From the human T2T-CHM13v2.0 reference genome, Homo sapiens, in assembly GCF_009914755.1 (NCBI RefSeq), contig NC_060947.1: a stretch of 64,000 nt of DNA; one strand, given 5' to 3'. This document shows, in pieces, positions 61,990 through 64,000 of the stretch (positions are counted from its first letter, which is position 1; every line of letters begins with the position of its first letter). Both the position numbers and the translations under genes were made by a program. Under the pieces are notes generated by a model that saw only the letters and a program-made list of their open reading frames with translations, ran no database searches and was not told the DNA's origin.

Positions 61990-62655
61990 TCTGTTTTTTA
62001 AATTGTAGGTTCAGGGGGTATATGTGCAGATTTGTTACGTGGGTATATTGTGCAATGCTGAGGTTTGGGCTTTTATTGAGCCCATCACCCAAATAGTGAA
62101 CATAGTACCCTATAGGTAGTTTTTCAAGCCTTGCCTGCCTGTCTGACTTTTCCTTTTGGAGTCCCCAGTGTCCGTTTTCCCCATCTTTGTGTCTGTGTGT
62201 CTCAATGTTTAGCTCCCACTTATAAGTGAGAATATGCAATATCTGGTTTTCTATTACTACATTAATTCACTTAGAATAATGGCTTCCACTTGCATCACTC
62301 TTGCTGCAAAGGATATGATTTTCATTCTTTTGTATGGTTGCATAGATTTTCTTTATACAACCTACTATTGATGGGCACCTGAGCTGGTTCTACATCTTTG
62401 CTATTATAATTAGTGTGATAAACATATGAGTACATGTGTCTTTTTGGTAGAAAAACTTATTTTCCTTTGGATATATACCTAGTATTGGGATTTTGGAGTC
62501 AAATGTTAATTCTATTTTCAGGTTTTTGAGAATTCTCCAAAGTGCTTTCTATGGGGGCTGAACTCATATACATTTCCACCAGTAGTCTATAAGTGTTCCC
62601 TTTTCCCTAAAGTCTCACCAGCATCTGTTACTTTTTGACTTTTTAATAATAGGCA
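61990..62655 (-). mobile_element. L1PA15/16-like 3' end
   Basis: ttcagggggtatatgtgcag...atgctgaggtttggg...cccatcacccaaatagtgaacatagtacc. Confidence 0.85.
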
Positions 62656-62679
62656 ATGATAATTTTTTTTAACGAAAAT

Positions 62680-63151
62680 CAGGATTCACTTTCTAGGATT
62701 TCTGTAACAAAATACCACAAACTGGGTGTCTTAAAACAACAGACATTTATTATCTCACAACGTGAATGCTGGAAGTCTGAAATCAACATGTTGACAGGGT
62801 CACACTCCCTCTCAAACCTGTGGGGGAACCCTTCTTTGCCCCTTTCTAGCTTCTGGTGTTTTGCCAGTAATTATTGGTATTTTTGGCTTGCAGCTACATA
62901 ACTCCAATCTCTGCCTTCATTGTCACATGTCATGCTTCCTATGTGCCTCTGTGTTCTCATATGGCAATCTTTTTATGAGGATACCAGTCATAATAAAATA
63001 GGGTCCCACTCTACTCCAGTATGACCTTATCTTAAGGATTACATCTGCAATGACCCTCTTTTCAAATAAGATCACATTCTGAGATACTGGAGGTTAGGAC
63101 TTTAATTTTTTTTTTTTTTTTTAGGGAGAGGGCATAATTTGACCCAAAACA
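62680..63151 (-). mobile_element. MLT1B/C-like LTR
   Basis: ctgtaacaaaataccacaaactgggt...cacattctgagatactggaggttagg. Confidence 0.85.
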
Positions 63152-63164
63152 CCCACACATCTTA

Positions 63165-63360
63165 AATATCTCATTAGCATTATTAAGTGTCAGGCCTTGT
63201 GTTTGTTATTTTATATAAATTATGAAAATCATTTAATCCTAACATGAAATATTATTTCCATTTTACAGAGGAGAGAATGGAGGCTCGATAAGGTTAACCC
63301 ACTTGTTCAAGGCCATTTGGCTAATAAGTAGTGAGTCTGGGTATGTTTGGCTCCAAGACA
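63165..63360 (-). mobile_element. MIR
   Basis: ccattttacagaggaga..aaggttaacccacttgttcaaggcca. Confidence 0.75.
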
Positions 63361-63624
63361 ACACACTGTCTTTCAGGAATCTGAAGACTTAATGATTTTT
63401 ATTTTTTTCTAATTTCCTCCCTCTATGAGAAAATATATGAAAATCAAACTTTTTTCAGTGTGCATGTAAAAATTTTTCTTCATTAGTGTAACACTGCTGG
63501 AAAATATGCTGTACTGCACAATAGGTAATTAAAAATAATAATGGCACTCATATTTGTATAGGACTTCTCACTTTTTCAAAGATTTCCACATATATTTTTG
63601 AAATTAATCTGACAATAAACTTAC

Positions 63625-63940
63625 AGTTCACTAATAGTTTGAAACAAATAGTAGAAAGTGGATTAATCCACCAAGCAAAATAAAACAATTTGTTGATGAT
63701 ATCAGTGCAGAATATCTCTTTCTAGTATAATTTCTGACTAAACAGAAAAGTTATTTTATTTTAGGAATGAATTATGGTTCTTGTTTCTAGTGAATTATTC
63801 CATTTCAAAATATCTTTTCTACTGGGCACATTGTTAAATGGCTAGTGACTGTGCATTTTAAAACTCAAAACAGTCTGGGGGTGAGTTCGGGGCCACATTA
63901 CTTAAACACTTAATGACTGACTTTGAGAGATCTATAAATT
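63625..63940 (-). pseudogene. Fossil exon: CTLD N-terminal and middle part
   Basis: Acceptor gcattttccccccag, donor gtaagt. KCLSNVAPNSPPDCFEF*NA / H*PFNNVPSRKDILKWNNSLETRTIIHS*NKITFLFSQ..IFCTDII..FYFAW / VD*STFYY. Confidence 0.65.
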
Positions 63941-64000
63941 CTGGGGGGAAAATGCTTTTAGTATTTACTATAACAAATGAAGAAGGAGATGTTGGCCCAT

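Overview
AT-rich primate genomic DNA; an AluYe5-like element points to human or another ape. Most of the window is interspersed repeat: two full-length but dead L1PA elements (L1PA5-like, L1PA7-like), a near full-length L1MA1-like element, a twin-primed inverted L1PA2/3, two complete THE1 MaLR proviruses, a MER4A LTR, a split Tigger1, a Ricksha MULE, four Alus, and many old L1M/L2/MIR fragments. No intact protein-coding gene is visible, and most of the supplied ORFs are repeat-derived. The main result lies in the non-repeat islands. Hand translation of the minus strand through stops and frameshifts shows a colinear series of decayed exons from about 63.9 kb to 23.3 kb carrying C-type lectin domain (CTLD) landmarks (W-x2/3-F-x2-SCY, W-x2-A-x3-C, IHS/EEQ-FL, FQW-x2-GS, EPxN, C-x7-C), followed by a possible TM/tail remnant near 19.7-19.9 kb. 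I interpret this as a fossil multi-CTLD, mannose-receptor/LY75/PLA2R-like pseudogene. Subfamily names are from recalled consensus sequences, not from a run alignment.
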